NCBI GenBank assembly: GCA_018645535.1
Contig: JABGWN010000052.1
Span: 1 to 36,091 of the forward strand
From: Methanobacteriota archaeon
GTDB lineage: Archaea; Thermoplasmatota; Poseidoniia; Poseidoniales; Poseidoniaceae
Length of the DNA: 36,091 bases
Reading direction: 5' to 3'
Both the position numbers and the translations under genes were made by a program. Positions 33,821 to 36,091 of this stretch are shown here, piece after piece (positions within the stretch are counted from its first letter, which is position 1; each line of letters opens with the position of its first letter). The notes below the pieces were generated by a model. It saw nothing but the letters and a program-made list of their open reading frames with translations. It had not been told where the DNA came from and made no database searches.

Positions 33821-34700
33821 CTACTTCCCTCAGTTTTGCATATGCTTCATCGAAACCAATCAAACCTTCCTCCAGATTGGTAAGGATAACATTGAATTCG
33901 GAATGGTTCAGGATTTTCCGTTCATGATGAGATAGAATGCGCTCTCTCCAACGTGCTCTCTCTGCTCGAGAGGTCTGTTTCAATTCCATTAAAAGAGCCG
34001 CAGCCTCATCAATCCCATCTCCCCTTAATGCACTAACAAGTTGTACTTCTGGAGGATTTGGGTTGCCAAGTTGAAGGGATTCTCTCAGTTCATTCGCATG
34101 GCGTTCAGCTCCTGGGAGATCTGATTTGTTGACAAGTATGGCATCAGCGAGTTCGAGCAATCCTGCTTTTTCGGCTTGGACACCGTCACCTCTGGCAGGA
34201 CCTTCGATCAATACGATTCTATCAGCGACTGCTGCACATCGAACTTCTGATTGTCCTGCACCTACGGTTTCAATAATGACACGATCCCAACCAGTCATCA
34301 ACAGACAAGCCGCCATCTCTTGAACGACAGATGGTACTGAACCACTCGATTTCCTTGTAGCAACCGATCGAACGTACACCAAGTCTTTCTTTTCAGGATG
34401 ATCGACCACTGTCATGCGAACACGGTCACCCAGTAATGCGCCTCCAGATCGTGGTGATGATGGGTCCACTGCTAGAACTCCTATCTTCATCCCATTATTC
34501 GTCCAAACGTGAAGTAAGCGATCAAGAAGACAGGATTTGCCAACACCCGGGGGTCCTGTAAGTGCTAAAATCCGCCATTCGTCCGATTCTTCTATCTCGG
34601 ATTCCAGTATAGTTTCACCATTTTCGATGGATGATAATAAGCGGGCTAAGGCCCTTCTATCTCCTTTACGAGCAAGCGACACCAACTGTTCCAAGAACAT
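33813..34700 (-). CDS. meaB: Methylmalonyl-CoA mutase-associated G3E GTPase MeaB/ArgK
   Basis: Blocks seen: GDRRALARLLSSIE; the P-loop LTGPPGVGKSCLLDRL; VLAVDPSSPRSGGALLGDRVRM; IIETVGAGQSEV; LVNKSDL. ATG 34700 lies directly after TGA-GGTG of the upstream gene. The track start at 34817 would overlap that gene by 113 nt. Confidence 0.85.
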   Translation of the reverse strand: MFLEQLVSLARKGDRRALARLLSSIENGETILESEIEESDEWRILALTGPPGVGKSCLLDRLLHVWTNNGMKIGVLAVDPSSPRSGGALLGDRVRMTVVDHPEKKDLVYVRSVATRKSSGSVPSVVQEMAACLLMTGWDRVIIETVGAGQSEVRCAAVADRIVLIEGPARGDGVQAEKAGLLELADAILVNKSDLPGAERHANELRESLQLGNPNPPEVQLVSALRGDGIDEAAALLMELKQTSRAERARWRERILSHHERKILNHSEFNVILTNLEEGLIGFDEAYAKLREVDE

Positions 34701-34704
34701 CACC

Positions 34705-35151
34705 TCAGGAAAAGCCTGTCCAATGCCAATCTGTATCTCCGCCAACACCCGAATCGCTTCTTTCAACTGCGGTTTCGATAAAAGCGACCATTTCTTGAGT
34801 AGAAGTTCCAGGCCCAAAGATTGCCTTTACACCTGCTTGAAACAATGCTGCCCGATCATCCTCAGGAATAATCCCGCCACCAAAAACAATTACGTCACCC
34901 ATATCGTTTTCTCGAAGTGTTTCACAGATTCGGGGGAATAGATGTCCATGGGCTCCAGATAATGATGAGAGACCAAGTAAGCGAGCATCCTCATCACGAA
35001 CTGTTTCAATAATTTGAGCAGGAGTTCGTCGCAGACCAGTGTAAATGACTTCATGCCCTGCATCTCGAAGCGCTCGAGCGACAACCTTTGCACCCCTGTC
35101 ATGACCATCCAGTCCGGGTTTGGCAATAACAATCCTCAACGGTTTGTCCAT
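34705..35151 (-). CDS. Methylmalonyl-CoA mutase, separate B12-binding (small) subunit
   Basis: Blocks seen: [34 protein letters not shown] (the DxHxxG cobalamin-binding motif); GLSSLSGAH; [13 protein letters not shown]...AGV.AIFGPGT. Confidence 0.85.
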   Translation of the reverse strand: MDKPLRIVIAKPGLDGHDRGAKVVARALRDAGHEVIYTGLRRTPAQIIETVRDEDARLLGLSSLSGAHGHLFPRICETLRENDMGDVIVFGGGIIPEDDRAALFQAGVKAIFGPGTSTQEMVAFIETAVERSDSGVGGDTDWHWTGFS

Positions 35152-35248
35152 GCTTTGTCCAGTAGCACGTGGGTTATGAATGGCTCGTCCAATCTATGTA
35201 AAGCAGACACTTTTCCTTAATCTGACATGAAATCGGCGATGGGATGAA

Positions 35249-36091
35249 ATGCGAGAAAGGAAAACGATGAGCATGGCATGGGAGAAAGACCCGGATGTTC
35301 TCAAGCCAAGCAAGGGCTATACACGAGTACGAAGGGTTAACCGAGCTCTTATGGATACATGGTTCAGGGAAATATCCTTGGTTGACCTTGACACACTGCC
35401 ACAAGAAGGTGGTATCGTATTCACGGCATGGCATCCTGGCGGGTTAATTGATCCGATGCTGATGATGGCCGCTTTACCCGGCGGGCTAACATTTGCTGCG
35501 AAAAGCCCATTGTTCAAGACGCCAATTTTAGGGCATATACTTCGAGCGATCGATGCGAAACCTGTCTTTCGACCACAGGATAACGTTGGCGATAAAGAAG
35601 AGAGAAAGAAAGCCAATTCAGGGCTTATAGACACCCTTTCCTCAAGTGTTGCAAACGGGCAACGTGTTGCGATTTTCCCAGAAGGAATCTCACACACCAA
35701 GGCCCATCCTGTAAAAATGCGAACGGGTGCTGCACGTATTCTTCTTGATTCGATTCGAAAAGCGGATGAGATGGAAAAACCAAGACCACATCTCGTTCCT
35801 ATTGGGTTACATTACAGCGATCAACATCAATTCCGAGAACGGGTCAGTTTGCAAGTCAATCGCCGCCTTTCTTATCCGCCGCTTCCTGGCGAAGAAGGGG
35901 CTTTACAACCATCATCTGAAGAACTTGCAGAACACGGGGACTTAGCTTACGACAGAGTTTGGTGTGAAGAAATGACAAACTTACTCCATACTGAAATCCA
36001 ACGTTGCAATCAAGCCCAAGAGACATGGGAAGACAGAGAACTTGTATGGCGTGCACGACGCATGATACACACTGCTCGCAGTGGAGATGAA
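35249..36091 (+). CDS. PlsC-family (lysophospholipid/glycerol-3-phosphate) acyltransferase; 3' end runs off the window
   Basis: The hand-translated frame is open from the stop at 35228 to the window end. It has the HX4D motif (AWHPGGLIDP), FAAKSPLFKTPILG, and the FPEG motif (VAIFPEGISHT). Possible starts are ATG 35249, 35267 and 35273. It is absent from the ORF track because no stop lies within the window. Confidence 0.75.
   Translation, partial: MRERKTMSMAWEKDPDVLKPSKGYTRVRRVNRALMDTWFREISLVDLDTLPQEGGIVFTAWHPGGLIDPMLMMAALPGGLTFAAKSPLFKTPILGHILRAIDAKPVFRPQDNVGDKEERKKANSGLIDTLSSSVANGQRVAIFPEGISHTKAHPVKMRTGAARILLDSIRKADEMEKPRPHLVPIGLHYSDQHQFRERVSLQVNRRLSYPPLPGEEGALQPSSEELAEHGDLAYDRVWCEEMTNLLHTEIQRCNQAQETWEDRELVWRARRMIHTARSGDE

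Noticed and set aside
34701-34817. 334-aa version of MeaB starting at 34817
   Set aside because: It would overlap the B12-binding subunit gene by 113 nt. The MeaB homology begins at ...ARKGDRRALARL just after ATG 34700, which has a GGTG box and abuts the upstream stop.
35174-35700. Minus-strand ORFs 35174..35434 and 35317..35700
   Set aside because: They are antisense to the open plus-strand frame that carries the HX4D and FPEG acyltransferase motifs. They have no motifs of their own.
1-36091. CRISPR arrays, IS elements/transposases, integrases, toxin-antitoxin or restriction-type defence genes, rRNA
   Set aside because: No direct-repeat/spacer periodicity, terminal inverted repeats or recognisable motifs of these classes were seen in any frame. 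Absence is judged by eye only.

Overview
All calls below rest on by-eye motif recognition and hand translation. No BLAST, HMM or structure search was possible, so family names are recognition-level. The window looks like an archaeal chromosomal segment, most consistent with an uncultured marine Thermoplasmatota / Marine Group II-like euryarchaeote; that placement is inferred from gene content only. The minus-strand backbone at 8.1-17.7 kb is tRNA-Lys(UUU) followed by rpoH, unsplit rpoB, rpoA1 (A'), rpoA2 (A'') and rpl30e, with ATGA/TGATG stop-start overlaps. The RNA polymerase subunits are unusually decorated. RpoH (about 215 aa) and RpoA'' (521 aa) carry a homologous N-terminal domain ([12 protein letters not shown]...AH.LA.DR) followed by an Arg/Lys-rich linker. 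RpoA' has a Cys4-bracketed insertion of about 135-155 aa. Instead of nusA-rps12-rps7, the operon is followed by a 1115-aa surface protein with beta-propeller-like repeats, thrombospondin type-3 Asp-rich repeats, a TM anchor and a P/Q-rich tail. The best candidate for an undescribed system is a five-gene plus-strand cluster at 22.86-28.68 kb. It encodes a Reeler/DOMON-like anchored protein, a small membrane protein, a Tat-signal Rieske protein, and a cytochrome b6-type protein with the heme-ci Cys and b6 His spacing. Its last gene is a 938-aa fusion of subunit IV (cyt b C-terminal half), a roughly 270-aa outside domain, and a cytoplasmic HdrD/GlpC-type module (2x[4Fe-4S] plus 2 CCG domains). 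Other notable items: a divergent short FtsZ/tubulin paralog paired with a mini-TPR protein; a HemK/Mtq2-like methyltransferase fused to biotin-protein ligase; and an operon of AsnB-like amidotransferase, GshA-type ligase, membrane protein, 2x[4Fe-4S] ferredoxin and small membrane protein with a leaderless-type promoter and palindrome. The rest comprises the MCM B12-binding subunit, MeaB and a polyprenol-kinase-like membrane protein, plus several bacterial-type genes (RsuA, SelO, LemA, PlsC-like acyltransferase). I saw no CRISPR array, transposase, integrase or rRNA.
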